Part shown: piece by piece, positions 11,062 to 22,475 of the stretch
Numbering within the stretch: position 1 is the first letter of the stretch
How the letters are laid out: each line of letters starts with the position of its first letter
NCBI GenBank assembly: GCA_965201075.1
Contig: CBDAVP010000015.1
Coordinates: 62,001-126,000, forward strand
DNA: 64,000 bases
Source: Isosphaeraceae bacterium
GTDB lineage: Bacteria; Planctomycetota; Planctomycetia; Isosphaerales; Isosphaeraceae
Direction of reading: 5' to 3'
Made by a program: the position numbers and the translations under genes
Notes under the pieces: generated by a model
Databases searched by the model: none
The model's input: only the letters and a program-made list of their open reading frames with translations
What the model was told of the DNA's origin: nothing

Positions 11062-12363
11062 TCAGGGGGTCGCGGCGGTCGACACCACTGGCATCTTGGC
11101 CTCGACCGCCTTGACCTTCAGTCCCGGTCGGGCCTTCTGGAGCCCCTTGACCACGACCAGGTCGGTCGCCTTCAGGTTCTTTTCGATGACACGCAACTCG
11201 CCCACGGCCGAGCCAATCACCACCGGCCGCTGCTCGACCATCCCCTTCTCGTCGACGATCAGCAAGAACTGCCCACCCTGGTCGAGACCCAACGACCGCT
11301 CAGGAACGAGCAGGGCATCCTGGCGCTCTTCCATCGGCACGCGGAGTCGGACAAACAAACCCGAGAGGATGGTTTCCTCGTCGTTGGGAAAAATTCCCCT
11401 CACCGAGACGGTGCCGGTGGTTGGGTCGAGCCCCGGGTCGGCATAGTCAATCCGCCCGTGGTGGGGATAGCCCGTCTCATTGAGCATCGCCAGGTCGACC
11501 GGCGAAACCCCCTTGGAGTAACTGACCCGTTCCCCCTTGCGAACCTGTTCGCGAAACCGAAGCAGGTCCGCCTCGCTGACGTTCATGTACGCATAGATCG
11601 GCTTGTCCTTGAGAATCGTCGCCAGGATGGTCGCCTGGCCATCCCCCACCAGATTTCCCTCGTCGGCGAGCTTGCGACTGATGCGGCCGTCGATCGGAGC
11701 GGTAATCCGGCAATAGCCCAGGTTGATTTCGGCGTTGCGCAGGTCGGCACGGGCCTGCTCAATGTTGGCCTTGGCCGACAGGATGGCGATGTCATAGTCG
11801 GCCTTGGACTGTTCAGCGCTGGCTTTGTCGGCGTCAACCTGGGCGGCGGCCTTCTTGCGGTTGGCCTCGGCCTGGTCAAACTCCTGCTTCGACGCGGCGT
11901 TGCGATTCACCAGGTTGCGTTGACGGTTCTCCTCGATCTGCGAAAGGAGCAACTGCGCCTGGTCCAGGGCCACCTGGGCGGCCGAGACCTCGCGGACTTT
12001 CGACTCCTCGGCCTTGCTCAAGGCGGCCTCGGCGACGGCCAGTCGCGCCTTGGCCTGCTCGACCTGAACCTGAAACGGTTCTTCCTCGATCACCATCAAG
12101 AGGTCGCCGGCCTTCACGTTCGAGCCGGCGACAAACCGCACCTCCTTGAGAAACCCGCGGACGCGGGCACGAAGGTCGACCGACTCGATCGCCCGGGTGT
12201 TCCCCGTGTATTCCTGATAGACGGTGACCGACCGTTTTTCGGGAAGGCTGACGGTCACTTCCGGAGGAGGAGGCGCCACATAGGCATTGTTGTCCCGGCA
12301 GCCGACCAGGACGATGAGCCCTCCCAGGACGATCCACCCCAAACTTCCCGGTCGCGTCGTCAC
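11062..12363 (-). CDS. RND periplasmic adaptor (membrane fusion lipoprotein)
   Basis: Lipobox LVGC, RARVRGFL, alpha-hairpin and ITAPIDGRI. Lies upstream of the RND permease. Confidence 0.93.
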   Translation of the reverse strand: MTTRPGSLGWIVLGGLIVLVGCRDNNAYVAPPPPEVTVSLPEKRSVTVYQEYTGNTRAIESVDLRARVRGFLKEVRFVAGSNVKAGDLLMVIEEEPFQVQVEQAKARLAVAEAALSKAEESKVREVSAAQVALDQAQLLLSQIEENRQRNLVNRNAASKQEFDQAEANRKKAAAQVDADKASAEQSKADYDIAILSAKANIEQARADLRNAEINLGYCRITAPIDGRISRKLADEGNLVGDGQATILATILKDKPIYAYMNVSEADLLRFREQVRKGERVSYSKGVSPVDLAMLNETGYPHHGRIDYADPGLDPTTGTVSVRGIFPNDEETILSGLFVRLRVPMEERQDALLVPERSLGLDQGGQFLLIVDEKGMVEQRPVVIGSAVGELRVIEKNLKATDLVVVKGLQKARPGLKVKAVEAKMPVVSTAATP

Positions 12364-12454
12364 GGGTTCGCCCCAAGGGAAACAGACCGGCCCATCCGGC
12401 CTAACTCATCCAACCCGCGCCCATCTTAGGATGCCCGGGGGAATCCGTCCACGA

Positions 12455-13396
12455 TCAAGGTTTCGTGGCCTCCCCGCTGTCGAGGCCGGCGGAGGGTGGC
12501 GTTTTTGCGTCTCCCTTCGCTCCGGCCAACTCTCGCCGCAGTTTGCGGATGCGGTCCTCCGCCGCGAGACCGACCTTGGACCGGAGGATCGGCGCCCCCT
12601 CGAACCATTCGCGAGGCTCGATATAGGCCGCGTGGACCTCGACCATCAAGGTGGCGGGCTGATCCTTGAGGCGCGTCACCTTCACATACCCCGCGCCCCC
12701 CGCGTAGAGAAACGGCGGCCCGACGGCGTTGGGCGTGCCCTCGGCGTTCCGAAACAGCCGCCGCCAGATGTTGGGATACTCCCGATCGCGGTCGAACTCC
12801 GAGGAAGTCCGTGACGCGACCACCCACGACTCGGCTGACTTCGAGGCACTCAGCCGATCGGTCGAGTCCACCCGTACCCGGTCCAGCAATCGTCCGGTCT
12901 GGTGGGAATACCACTCATCCCGAGGGGTGACTTTCAGATCGCGAGCCTCAAGCGCGGCGGCGTCCAACTTCTGAGTCTCGAACTTCATGTTTCCAGCCTC
13001 GACCGGCCCGGTCTCAACCCCCAGTTTCGATGGGTCCAGGGCATCCAGGTTGGCGTGAATCGCGAACCAAAGATCCACGAACCGGGCGATTCCCCCCCCT
13101 TTGGTCGGCGAGTCATGAGGCGGCAGGAGAATATGCGGAGCGGTCAACGAGTCGCGAAGCATTTCCTCGGCCTTGGCTGGCGACCCGGCGACCTTCTTGA
13201 GAACCGCGGCCTGTTCGCGAGCCGACGCCCCATCCACGAAACTCGGCGGTGGGAGGGGGATGGGCGTCGCCTCCATCACCAGTTTTCCTCCCATCAACTC
13301 GGCAAGCACCGGGTTCGCGTCATGCCCGACGACCACCGTGGCGGTCGGAGTTTGGGCCGCGAGAGCCCAGGCCAAACAGGTTGTGACGACCAGCAT
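12455..13396 (-). CDS. Hypothetical secreted protein
   Basis: Signal-peptide-like N-terminus (MLVVTTCLAWALAAQ) preceded by an SD-like GGAG/GAGG. No recognisable domain. Confidence 0.7.
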   Translation of the reverse strand: MLVVTTCLAWALAAQTPTATVVVGHDANPVLAELMGGKLVMEATPIPLPPPSFVDGASAREQAAVLKKVAGSPAKAEEMLRDSLTAPHILLPPHDSPTKGGGIARFVDLWFAIHANLDALDPSKLGVETGPVEAGNMKFETQKLDAAALEARDLKVTPRDEWYSHQTGRLLDRVRVDSTDRLSASKSAESWVVASRTSSEFDRDREYPNIWRRLFRNAEGTPNAVGPPFLYAGGAGYVKVTRLKDQPATLMVEVHAAYIEPREWFEGAPILRSKVGLAAEDRIRKLRRELAGAKGDAKTPPSAGLDSGEATKP

Positions 13397-13573
13397 TGGA
13401 ATGTCCCTCACTCCTGGACGGGTTCACTGGCGAAGTTTCCAGCCCTCGCAACCGATACAACCCTTAGTCATACGCCGCCAACTTGGCAAGCGCGGACCGG
13501 GGAGGTGGTTCTCATGGGCTTCGCGTCGCCTCCCACGTCCCGAGGTTCCCAGCCCCCCAAAAGCCGGCGGGTC

Positions 13574-14656
13574 ATGGACCGTGCGTCGATAGGCTTCCTT
13601 GCGCCGATCCTTCTCCTGAGCTTGGCCAGCGGCTGCCGGGTCATCTCGGGGACGGGCCCAATTCGTACCGATTCCCACCTGAAGGCCCAGGCCAACGTCA
13701 ACGGTTCGATCGAGGTCAAGCTGCCGACCGCGCCCGACCCGGGGCCGATGATTCCGGCAATCGTCAGAGGCTCGTCCCTGGGGGCGAAGGCGCCCAGAGT
13801 CGCTTTGATTGACGTGGACGGCCTACTGCTCAACCAGAACCTCACCGGTCTGTACTCGGCCGGGGAAAACCCGGTCGCCGCTTTCCGCGAGAAGCTCGAG
13901 GCCGCCGCCGCGGACTGCCGAGTCCGCGCGGTCGTTCTGCGGATCAACAGCCCCGGGGGAGGCGTGACCGCCAGCGACATCATGGCCGAGGAATTACGAA
14001 GATTCCGCGTGTCGACCGGCAAACCCTGTGTGGCCTGCTTGATGGACCTTTCGACCGGCGGAGCTTACTTTTTGGCCGTTGGCTGCGACGCGGTCGTGGC
14101 CCACCCGACGGCGATCGTCGGCGGAGTCGGCGCGATCGTCAACCATTTCAACCTCCAGGATGCGATGGCCCAACTCAACGTCACGGCCGACCCGATCAAG
14201 GCGGGCAACCTTGTCGACATGGGAAGCGTGACCGTCCCCCTACCCGAGGAAGCCCGCAAGCTCCTGCAAATGACCGCCGACGGCTTCCGTGACCGCTTCG
14301 CCGCCAAGGTCGCCCTCGGGCGCCCCACGATGACAGGCGCCGACCACGCCGAAATCGCCGACGGCCGAGTGGTCCCCGCCACCAGGGCCCTGGCCTTGCG
14401 ACTGGTCGACCGCCTCGGCTACCTGGACGACGCCCTGGCCGAAGCCGAAGCCCGATCCGGCTCCTCTGGCGTCGAGGTCGTCTCGTATTCCAGGCCGGGC
14501 TCGCCGCCTCGCTCCATCTACGCGATCACAGCCAACACCCCGCTTCAGGGGGAAATTGTCCCCTTCAGCTACCCGGGGCTCGATCGCGCCAAACTGCCGA
14601 CGTTCCTCTACTTATGGCAGCCCGACCCAACCCTCGCCCGGTCCGGCGGCCGGTGA
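13574..14656 (+). CDS. sppA: Signal peptide peptidase SppA (S49), lipoprotein
   Basis: Lipobox LASGC, VVLRINSPGGGVTASD, and the STGGAYFLA segment (the usual ASGGY motif is altered). Confidence 0.85.
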   Translation: MDRASIGFLAPILLLSLASGCRVISGTGPIRTDSHLKAQANVNGSIEVKLPTAPDPGPMIPAIVRGSSLGAKAPRVALIDVDGLLLNQNLTGLYSAGENPVAAFREKLEAAAADCRVRAVVLRINSPGGGVTASDIMAEELRRFRVSTGKPCVACLMDLSTGGAYFLAVGCDAVVAHPTAIVGGVGAIVNHFNLQDAMAQLNVTADPIKAGNLVDMGSVTVPLPEEARKLLQMTADGFRDRFAAKVALGRPTMTGADHAEIADGRVVPATRALALRLVDRLGYLDDALAEAEARSGSSGVEVVSYSRPGSPPRSIYAITANTPLQGEIVPFSYPGLDRAKLPTFLYLWQPDPTLARSGGR

Positions 14657-15714
14657 CGCCCCTGACCCTCGCCGCCAGGGTCGGCGCGGCGAAGCCAGCC
14701 GAGCGCCTCATCGCCGTCACCGGCGCCGGGGGATTCGTCGGTGGTCATGTCGTCCGAGACCTCGCCACGGCGGGCTATCGGGTGCGGGCCCTGTCCAGGC
14801 GTCCGCCAACCGTGACCGGGAGGATTTCCGGCGTCGAGGTGTTGATCGGCGACCTTCGACAGCCCGAGACCCGCGCCCGATTGGTCGCCGGGGCTTGGGG
14901 GGTGATTCACTGCGCCGGCTGGGTCAGCCTGGGGATGGACCGTCGGGGAGACGCCCTTGCCATCAACGTCGACGCGACCGCCAGGCTCCTCGACGAGGCC
15001 GAGGCCGCCGGGGTCGCCCGATTCGTCTTTACCTCAACCCTGTGGACCACCGCCGCCGGAACCGCCGACAACCCCGCCGACGAATCCACCCCGTGGAATC
15101 TCAGTCTGACGCGATGCGCTTACTGCGACACCAAACGTGCCGCCGAACAACTCGTCCTCTCCCGATCCACCTCCCAGTTCACGACTTGCGCCCTGTGTCC
15201 CGGATTGGTGCTTGGTATCGGAGACTCGCGCCCAACCTCGTCGCGGCTCCTCCTGACCATGGCGGCCACGCCGATCGCGACCCTGCCCGCCGGGGGTATC
15301 CCGATCATCGACGCGAAAGTCCTGGCGATGGCCCATCGACGCGCCCTGGACCGGGCCGAGCCGGGTCGGCGTTACATCGTCGTCGGACCCTACCTGAGTT
15401 ACCGGGAAATGGCCCGTCTGGTCCGCCAGGTCGCCGGCTGGCCGCGATGGGTCGTACCGCTGCCCGGGTGGCTCCGACGCCCGTTGATGGTTTCCGGAAC
15501 GCTCCTCGACCGGATCTCCCGAGGGTGCTGGGGCGACCTGTCCGCCGCGTCGGTGGCCGGAGGGTTTCTGGCCCTGCACGTCCGAGGAAACCAGGCCGAT
15601 TCCGCCTTCGGACTGATCCACCCCCCTGCCCTGTCCACCATCGTCGACACCCTGAAAAGTCAACAGTGGGAAGGGCGATTCCCTCATCGGCAATCCATCG
15701 GCGAGCCGGCCTGA
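14653..15714 (+). CDS. NAD-dependent epimerase/dehydratase (HpnA/dihydroflavonol-reductase-like)
   Basis: VTGAGGFVG Rossmann motif and YCDTK (YxxxK). The GTG start overlaps the sppA stop. Confidence 0.85.
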   Translation: MTPLTLAARVGAAKPAERLIAVTGAGGFVGGHVVRDLATAGYRVRALSRRPPTVTGRISGVEVLIGDLRQPETRARLVAGAWGVIHCAGWVSLGMDRRGDALAINVDATARLLDEAEAAGVARFVFTSTLWTTAAGTADNPADESTPWNLSLTRCAYCDTKRAAEQLVLSRSTSQFTTCALCPGLVLGIGDSRPTSSRLLLTMAATPIATLPAGGIPIIDAKVLAMAHRRALDRAEPGRRYIVVGPYLSYREMARLVRQVAGWPRWVVPLPGWLRRPLMVSGTLLDRISRGCWGDLSAASVAGGFLALHVRGNQADSAFGLIHPPALSTIVDTLKSQQWEGRFPHRQSIGEPA

Positions 15715-15722
15715 CCTCGCCA

Positions 15723-16718
15723 TCAGTTCCAGGGCAAGGCCGATCGGGTGGCCCAGTATTCGTCGGGAGCTTCGGCGAGCGGCGAGAGGGCCTGATCCAA
15801 CTCATCATCCCAGGCAATCGTCCGAGCCTTGAGGTTCGACGAGAGCTGCTCGGGACTCGACGCCCCACTAAGAACCAGGTCGGACCAGGGACGGGCCAGC
15901 GCCGCGGCCAGCGCAAGGGCATCGGGGGTCGTCTCGCGCTTGCGGGCGAGGTTCTCTAGCAAAGAGCGGCGGTCAGCGAAGGCGGCCGACTCGTTGCGCC
16001 CAGTCAATCGGCCGTTGGCCAGCGCTTCCTTGGCGATGACCCGCAACCCATTCGCGTGAGCCTCTGCCAGAGCCGAGCCCGCCGACGGTTCCAACAGGTT
16101 CCAGGTCGCCTGCACCGCGTCGAACAGGCGGCGACCCTCAACCTCCACGACCAGAGCCCGCCGCAAGGTCTCGGCCTGGCGAGCGCCCGAGAGCGACAGG
16201 CCAATCGCCACGCCTTCCCGCTGCAACTCGGCCAGGGCTCGGAGGGCATCACGATTCTCCAGGACACCGCTCTCCATCGTGGCGGAATGAATCTGATAGA
16301 GCCGCAAATACGGCCCCAACAATGAGCGTGTTTCGACGAGTTGACGGGCCAGATTCGCCGCCGAATGATCCTTAACCTCGTGAGCCTCGGCCTCGACCCG
16401 CCAGCCGGCCGTATAAATGTACCCCCACTTCGAGCTCACTCGGACTGCGCTGGGGGCAATCCCTCTGGACCGGAGCCAACTCGCGAGAAATTCCTCGGAC
16501 CGTCCATACGAGCGAGCCGCGTCAAAATCGCGAATCCCGGCATCCCAGGCGGCGTCAAGAACCCTGAAGGCCCGACCCTCCATCGAGGCCACGTCGCGCC
16601 CCTCGCGAGTGTCCTCGCCATGTCCCAGGTTGATGTAACCGGGACGGCCCAGCGCCGCCAGGCCGAGGCCCAACCGCGCCGGGCGGGCTTGTGCGTCCCC
16701 CGCGTCGTTGTCACTCAT
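15723..16718 (-). CDS. Aldo/keto reductase
   Basis: FDAARSYGRSEE, VSSKWG, LYQIHS and QATWNLL. Confidence 0.9.
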   Translation of the reverse strand: MSDNDAGDAQARPARLGLGLAALGRPGYINLGHGEDTREGRDVASMEGRAFRVLDAAWDAGIRDFDAARSYGRSEEFLASWLRSRGIAPSAVRVSSKWGYIYTAGWRVEAEAHEVKDHSAANLARQLVETRSLLGPYLRLYQIHSATMESGVLENRDALRALAELQREGVAIGLSLSGARQAETLRRALVVEVEGRRLFDAVQATWNLLEPSAGSALAEAHANGLRVIAKEALANGRLTGRNESAAFADRRSLLENLARKRETTPDALALAAALARPWSDLVLSGASSPEQLSSNLKARTIAWDDELDQALSPLAEAPDEYWATRSALPWN

Positions 16719-16885
16719 CTCCGCTCCTCCCGCCCGTACCTCGCAGCATGACGACCCGCCCTTGCCGCTCTATCGTAGGTTCCATCGGTACGTCCGGGCT
16801 ACCCCCGCCACGGGCGAGCATGTTAAGATGGGGGTTCTGGTTGCGACCGGATCATCGCCCGACCCGCCCCGCCCGGAGCTTGCTC

Positions 16886-19018
16886 GTGGACTGCCTGAAC
16901 CTGGAAGCCATCACGAAGGATTACTCGCGGGGCAAGGTCATCGTGCCCGTCTTGCGAGGGGTGTCGCTCTCCGTGGCGCGGGGCGAATTTGTCGCGCTCA
17001 TGGGGGCCTCGGGCTCGGGCAAGACCACTTTGATCAACCTGCTGGGTTCGCTCGACCGGCCGACCTCGGGGCGGTATCGGCTCGATGGCGAGGACGTGGC
17101 GGGGCTCTCCGAGGAGGCCAGGGCCCGCCTGCGCAACCACAAAATCGGCTTCGTGTTTCAGAATTTCAACCTCCTGTCTCGTCTCAGCGCTCTGGAAAAC
17201 GTCCTGGTGCCGCTGGCCTATGCCCCCGGTGGCCCCTCGGCGGGCGAAGAGCGGGGCCGAGAGTTGCTCGCCCGCGTCGGGCTGGGCGACCGGATGGATC
17301 ACGAACCGGCACAGCTCTCCGGCGGCGAACAGCAGCGAGTGGCCATTGCCCGAGCCCTCATCAATCGCCCCTCGGTGCTGATCGCCGACGAGCCTACAGG
17401 CAACCTCGACTCGAAGACCGGTGAGCAGATCCTCCAGGTCTTCCGCGAGCTGAATCACGACGACAGTCTTACGATCATTTTGGTGACGCACGACCCCGGA
17501 GTCGCCGCCGCCGCCGACCGAGTCATCCGCGTCCGCGACGGCCTCGTTGCCGACGACCCCACCCCTCCCGGGCACGCCGAGGCACTCGCCTCTCGCGCTC
17601 CTTCGGCTCCCCCAGCGTCGCCGAGGCGCGGAGGGTCGTTCATCTCCTATCTGCGGACCGCGGCGACCGCCTTGCGCTCCCTCAAGCGCAACCCCTTGCG
17701 CTCGGCGTTAACCACCATCGGCATCATCATCGGCGTGGCGTCGATCATCGCCATCTCGGAGATCGGCCTCGGGTCGCAAACCGCCATTCGCGAGGTTCTC
17801 TCCAGCACCGGCGTGGACAACGTGCTGATTCTTCCAGGAGCGGCCTCGGCCAACGGGGTCAGCCTGGGCAGCGGCAGCGTCAAAACCCTGACCCCCGAGG
17901 ACGCCGACGCGGTCCGCCGCGAGTGCCCCGCCGTGGACAGCCTCGCTCCGATCATTTATGCCCGCCGCCAGGTGGTCTATTCCAACAAGAACTGGAACCC
18001 GGTCTACCTCTACGGCACCTCGCCGGACTTTTTGAGAGTCCGCGACTGGAGCCAACTCGATGAGGGCCACCCCTTCACCGACTCCGACGTCCAGGACGCG
18101 GCGATGGTCTGCCTGCTCGGCCGAACCTTGGTTCGCGAACTTTTTGGGGAGACGGACTCTCCCGTCGGCAGGGAGGTTCTGGTCAACGACGTGCCCTTGC
18201 GAGTGGTCGGTGTACTTCGCAAAAAAGGGGCGAACATTATCGGCGAGGACCAGGACGACATCCTCCTCGCCCCCTGGACGACCATCAAGTACCGGGTCTC
18301 CCCCACCCCGAGCGTCAACTCGGCCGCGGCCAGCGCGGTGGCCGACCTTTCGCTGCCGGTCGACCAGGCGTCTCGTCGCTACCTCAGGGCCCAGACAAAT
18401 CTTTACCCGGTCACCTCGGCGGTGCAGGCCCTCGATACCCCGCGTTTGGAACGCTTCTCCAACATCGACTCAATTTTGGTGAGGGCCCGCTCCACCGACG
18501 AAATCCCCCTGGCGATGGGACAGATCCAGGCGTTGCTTCACGAGCGCCATCACGCCCGATCCGATGGCCGCGACGACTTTACGGTCAAGGATTTCACCGA
18601 GGTCCTGGCCGCCGTCCAGTCCACGGTCGGCCTGGTTGCCGGCCTGCTGGTGATCGTGGCGTTGATCTCCCTGGTCGTCGGTGGCGTCGGCATCATGAAC
18701 ATCATGCTGGTCTCCGTGACCGAGCGTTACCGGGAGATTGGCCTCCGCATGGCGCTGGGAGCCGGCCCTCGCGACATCCTCCGCCAGTTCCTGGTCGAGG
18801 CGATCGTCCTGTGCGTCCTGGGAGGGGCGATCGGAATCGTGCTGGGCCGCTGCAGTTCCCTGCTCGTCCGTTTCCTGGCGAAGTGGCCAACCGAGTCATC
18901 CCTGCTGGCGATCCTGGCGTCGGTCTCCGTGTCCGTCACGATCGGAGTCGTCTTCGGCTACTACCCCGCCTGGAAGGCCTCTCGCCTCAATCCGATCGAA
19001 GCCTTACGATATGAATAA
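16886..19018 (+). CDS. MacB-type fused ABC ATPase/permease
   Basis: [48 protein letters not shown] and NPIEALRYE. Start uncertain; GTG 16886 chosen. Confidence 0.92.
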   Translation: MDCLNLEAITKDYSRGKVIVPVLRGVSLSVARGEFVALMGASGSGKTTLINLLGSLDRPTSGRYRLDGEDVAGLSEEARARLRNHKIGFVFQNFNLLSRLSALENVLVPLAYAPGGPSAGEERGRELLARVGLGDRMDHEPAQLSGGEQQRVAIARALINRPSVLIADEPTGNLDSKTGEQILQVFRELNHDDSLTIILVTHDPGVAAAADRVIRVRDGLVADDPTPPGHAEALASRAPSAPPASPRRGGSFISYLRTAATALRSLKRNPLRSALTTIGIIIGVASIIAISEIGLGSQTAIREVLSSTGVDNVLILPGAASANGVSLGSGSVKTLTPEDADAVRRECPAVDSLAPIIYARRQVVYSNKNWNPVYLYGTSPDFLRVRDWSQLDEGHPFTDSDVQDAAMVCLLGRTLVRELFGETDSPVGREVLVNDVPLRVVGVLRKKGANIIGEDQDDILLAPWTTIKYRVSPTPSVNSAAASAVADLSLPVDQASRRYLRAQTNLYPVTSAVQALDTPRLERFSNIDSILVRARSTDEIPLAMGQIQALLHERHHARSDGRDDFTVKDFTEVLAAVQSTVGLVAGLLVIVALISLVVGGVGIMNIMLVSVTERYREIGLRMALGAGPRDILRQFLVEAIVLCVLGGAIGIVLGRCSSLLVRFLAKWPTESSLLAILASVSVSVTIGVVFGYYPAWKASRLNPIEALRYE

Positions 19019-19306
19019 GCGTTATTGAAAATCACGCGGAATGCACACTCCGAACGATGATGCGAACGGCCAGGGGCAGGATGTCCACGACGGGTCGCCA
19101 AGGGGTAGGCGGAAGCTTACCCGCTCCACCTCGGCCGGTTCCGTCAGCGCATCGACGATCCGGTTGTCGGAACACGGTTGATAAGCTAGCCTGGCCGGGT
19201 CCGCGGAATCGTCGGCCGCCACGGCTCCAATGTGGGACACGGGTCCGCTCGGGGCAAGGTGAGTCGCGGTGGCGGCTTGCCGCGGCGATCGAGGGGGCTT
19301 GCGTCA

Positions 19307-20509
19307 ATGAACCAGACCGCCGGATCGCCCGCCGTACCCCGTCGTCTGGCGTCGCTCGACGCCTATCGAGGGGCGGTCATGCTGCTGATGATGGGCGAGG
19401 TCCTGGAATTCTGCCGGGTCGCCGAGGCGCGACCCTCCAGCCGCTTCTGGCAAGCCCTCTGCTGGCACCAGTCGCACGTCCAGTGGGTGGGCTGCTCCCT
19501 GCACGACCTGATCCAGCCCTCGTTCAGCTTCCTCGTCGGTGTGGCGCTGCCCTTCTCGCTGGCAGCCCGAGCCGCCCGGGGCCAATCGCCGACCGGGATG
19601 AACGCTCACGCCTTCGCCCGCGCTTTGATCCTGATCTTGCTGGGGATCTTTCTGAGGTCGGTCGATGCCCCTCGTACCAACTTCACCTTTGAGGACACTC
19701 TCACCCAGATCGGCCTGGGCTACGGGTTCCTGTTCGTCCTGGCCCGCTGGTCGGCAAGGGTGCAGTGGATCGCCCTGGCCACGATCCTGGTCGGCTACTG
19801 GCTCGCCTTCGCCCTCTGGCCGCTTCCCCTTGAGGCCGGCGCTTCGGCCGCGCGGAGCGGAGTTTCGGGCAACTGGGGGCATCACCTTCAAGGCTTCGCG
19901 AGGCACTGGGACAAGAACACGAACCTGGCCTGGGCCTTTGATCGCTGGTTTCTCAACCTCTTCCCCCGTACCACGCGTTTCGCTTTCAACTCGGGAGGTT
20001 ATACAACCCTCAGCGCGATTCCCACGCTGGCCACGATGATCCTGGGCCTTCGGGCTGGCGACCTGCTGCTTCGCGGCGACCGCTCGAGCTGGCGGAAGGT
20101 GGGTTGGCTCGTGGGGTCGGGGTTGGTTGGGCTGGGCCTTGGGTATGGCCTGGGTTTCCTCGGCATCTGCCCGGTGGTGAAGCGCATCTGGACGCCAAGC
20201 TGGGTGCTGTTCAGCGGCGGCTGGTGTGCCCTGATTCTGGCGATGGCCTATGCGGGACTCGACTTGCTCGGGATCCGTTGGCCGTTCTATCCCTTGCTGG
20301 TCGTCGGCCGGAACTCGATCGCCGCTTACGTGTTGAGCCATCTGCTCGACGAGTTCCTCCGTTCCAGCCTGGCGACGCATTTCGGGCGTGACGCATTCCT
20401 CGTGGCTGGGCCCGACTTCCAACCTCTGCTGCTGGGTGGCGCGGTGCTTCTCCTTTTGTGGCTCATCCTCTTCTGGATGGACCGTCGCAAACTCTATCTA
20501 CGCGTCTGA
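19307..20509 (+). CDS. DUF5009 / HGSNAT(NagX)-like membrane acyltransferase
   Basis: RLASLDAYRG, HDLIQPSFSFLVG and PVVKRIWTPSW. Polytopic membrane protein. Confidence 0.82.
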   Translation: MNQTAGSPAVPRRLASLDAYRGAVMLLMMGEVLEFCRVAEARPSSRFWQALCWHQSHVQWVGCSLHDLIQPSFSFLVGVALPFSLAARAARGQSPTGMNAHAFARALILILLGIFLRSVDAPRTNFTFEDTLTQIGLGYGFLFVLARWSARVQWIALATILVGYWLAFALWPLPLEAGASAARSGVSGNWGHHLQGFARHWDKNTNLAWAFDRWFLNLFPRTTRFAFNSGGYTTLSAIPTLATMILGLRAGDLLLRGDRSSWRKVGWLVGSGLVGLGLGYGLGFLGICPVVKRIWTPSWVLFSGGWCALILAMAYAGLDLLGIRWPFYPLLVVGRNSIAAYVLSHLLDEFLRSSLATHFGRDAFLVAGPDFQPLLLGGAVLLLLWLILFWMDRRKLYLRV

Positions 20510-20558
20510 GTGTTCCACGCTTCCCAATGTCCTGGACGCCACGGAGTGACCCGAGCCG

Positions 20559-21410
20559 ATGAAGCTTCTACGCAGAGAGTTGAAGAACGCGGCGCTGATT
20601 CTGGTCGGTATCCTGTCGATGAGTTTCGGCCTGGAGGGATTTCTGGCGTCGAGCAAGGTCATCGACGGTGGCGTCACCGGAGTTTCGATGCTGCTCTCGA
20701 AAGTGCTGGGCTTTTCCCTGCCATTGCTGATCGCGCTGATCAATATCCCGTTCATCTTCCTGGGCGACATCCAGCTAGGTCGGGCCTTCGCGGTGCGTAG
20801 CGCCCTGGGCATTTTCGGCCTCTCGCTGGCCCTGGCCCTGATCCATTTCCACAACGTCACGGATGACAAACTGCTGACGGCGGTCTTCGGCGGGTTCTTC
20901 ATCGGCGCGGGGATCGGCCTGACAATCCGGGGCAATGGAGTCCTCGACGGGACGGATATCGCCGCCCTGCTTGTCAGTAAACGAGTCGCGTTTCTGCGGG
21001 TCGGAGACGTCATCCTGGGCCTGAACATCGTCATCTTCCTGATGGCGGCCTACTTCCTGGGAATCGACTCGTCGCTCTACTCCATCCTGACCTACTTCTC
21101 GGCCTCGAAGACTCTGGATTTCCTCCTCCACGGCATCGAGGAATACACGGCCATCACGATCATCTCGGGCCTGCATTGCGACGCGATCCGCCTGGGGATC
21201 AACGAGCGACTGGGCCGCGGGGTGACGATCTACAAAGGGCGCGGCGGGCGGAGCAATTCCGATCAGGACATTCTCTACTGCGTCGTGACCCGCCTGGAGA
21301 TTGGCAAGGTCAAGGCGATCGTCAAGGAAGTGGACCCCTCGGCCTTTCTGATCGTCTCCACGCTGGTCGATGTCGAGGGAGGCGTACTGAAACGGAGACA
21401 TCAGCACTAG
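20559..21410 (+). CDS. YitT family membrane protein
   Basis: IDGGVTG, LDGTDI, LGRGVT and VVTRLEI...DPSAF. Confidence 0.9.
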   Translation: MKLLRRELKNAALILVGILSMSFGLEGFLASSKVIDGGVTGVSMLLSKVLGFSLPLLIALINIPFIFLGDIQLGRAFAVRSALGIFGLSLALALIHFHNVTDDKLLTAVFGGFFIGAGIGLTIRGNGVLDGTDIAALLVSKRVAFLRVGDVILGLNIVIFLMAAYFLGIDSSLYSILTYFSASKTLDFLLHGIEEYTAITIISGLHCDAIRLGINERLGRGVTIYKGRGGRSNSDQDILYCVVTRLEIGKVKAIVKEVDPSAFLIVSTLVDVEGGVLKRRHQH

Positions 21411-21489
21411 GTACCCCATGGAGATTCGTGAGCGACCGTTTTGTGCTCGAACCGTGGATGGGTCAGCGGTCGATAACAAGGAGGATTCG

Positions 21490-22467
21490 ATGAAAGCGTT
21501 CGTCCTGGTCGTTGGCGTTCTGACCTCCGTGAGCCTCAACCTTTCGGCGCAAGCGGCCGAAGAGGAGATTCCTTCCGGCTACGAGGAGATTCTGCAGTGG
21601 CTGCCGGAGGACACCGAGACCCTGTTCGTGAAGCGGGGGCCTTACCTCCTCATGCCAGCGGAGGCGGACAGAAAGACAAGTCTGGATGACCTTCAATTCA
21701 AACTGCGTATTCTGGCTCTCGGGAACCTCCTCGCGGAGGAGGCCCTCTGGAAGAATCCCATCGAACTGTCCGTTGAGGGGAGCCGTCGGTTCCGCGCACC
21801 TACCCATCTGGGGATGATGCCCTATGAGGGGGCCGAGGTCATCCGATTCCGGGACGATCTGGGGCCGATCATGGCATCCCTTGAGAAGAAAGCGTTGCGC
21901 ATCGAGGAGATCGGAGGGAAACGCGTTGCCGTCTTCGAGGCGAAGGTGATGTTCGACCGTTGGACGACCTATGTGACCCAACTTGGTCCGAAGGTCATGG
22001 TCGAGGCGACGAATCGCGCCTACCTCAAGGAACTCCTCGGGCGAATGGCCAAGAAAGGGTCTTCTCGTGCCTTGCCCGCCGAACTCACCGAATGGAAGCA
22101 CGCGGACACCTCCGCCGCCTTCTGGGGAATTCGGCACTACGACCGCTCGGGCGCGGCTGGTGATCCCTCCTCGCCCCTGGCGGGTCGGAAGATGCCGGCG
22201 AACGTCCAGGACGACCAGGCCGTTGGTGTTGTCATGGCGCTGAGGGACGATGGCCTCAAGGTCCAGTACCTATCCGCGAATCCCGACGCCCTTCGGATCG
22301 CGGGAGACGCGTGGTTCGCGGGTGGAAACCAGGGGCCAATCCCCGAGGTCCGGACGGCCGAGCCAGGGGTGATTGACGTCTCCTTCGGCCTGGAGAACGA
22401 CTCGCCGACTCAAGGCATGTTGCTCCTTTTGCTCCTCCAAGCATTGGGTCATGGAGTCTATTTCTGA
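21490..22467 (+). CDS. Hypothetical secreted protein
   Basis: SD (AAGGAGG) plus a signal peptide MKAFVLVVGVL...AQA. No recognised domain. Confidence 0.72.
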   Translation: MKAFVLVVGVLTSVSLNLSAQAAEEEIPSGYEEILQWLPEDTETLFVKRGPYLLMPAEADRKTSLDDLQFKLRILALGNLLAEEALWKNPIELSVEGSRRFRAPTHLGMMPYEGAEVIRFRDDLGPIMASLEKKALRIEEIGGKRVAVFEAKVMFDRWTTYVTQLGPKVMVEATNRAYLKELLGRMAKKGSSRALPAELTEWKHADTSAAFWGIRHYDRSGAAGDPSSPLAGRKMPANVQDDQAVGVVMALRDDGLKVQYLSANPDALRIAGDAWFAGGNQGPIPEVRTAEPGVIDVSFGLENDSPTQGMLLLLLLQALGHGVYF

Positions 22468-22475
22468 GCGTCAAA

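Noticed and set aside
19022..19300. Small ORFs between the MacB-type and DUF5009 genes
   Set aside because: No recognisable motif or RBS. Possibly a decayed fragment, but unsupported.
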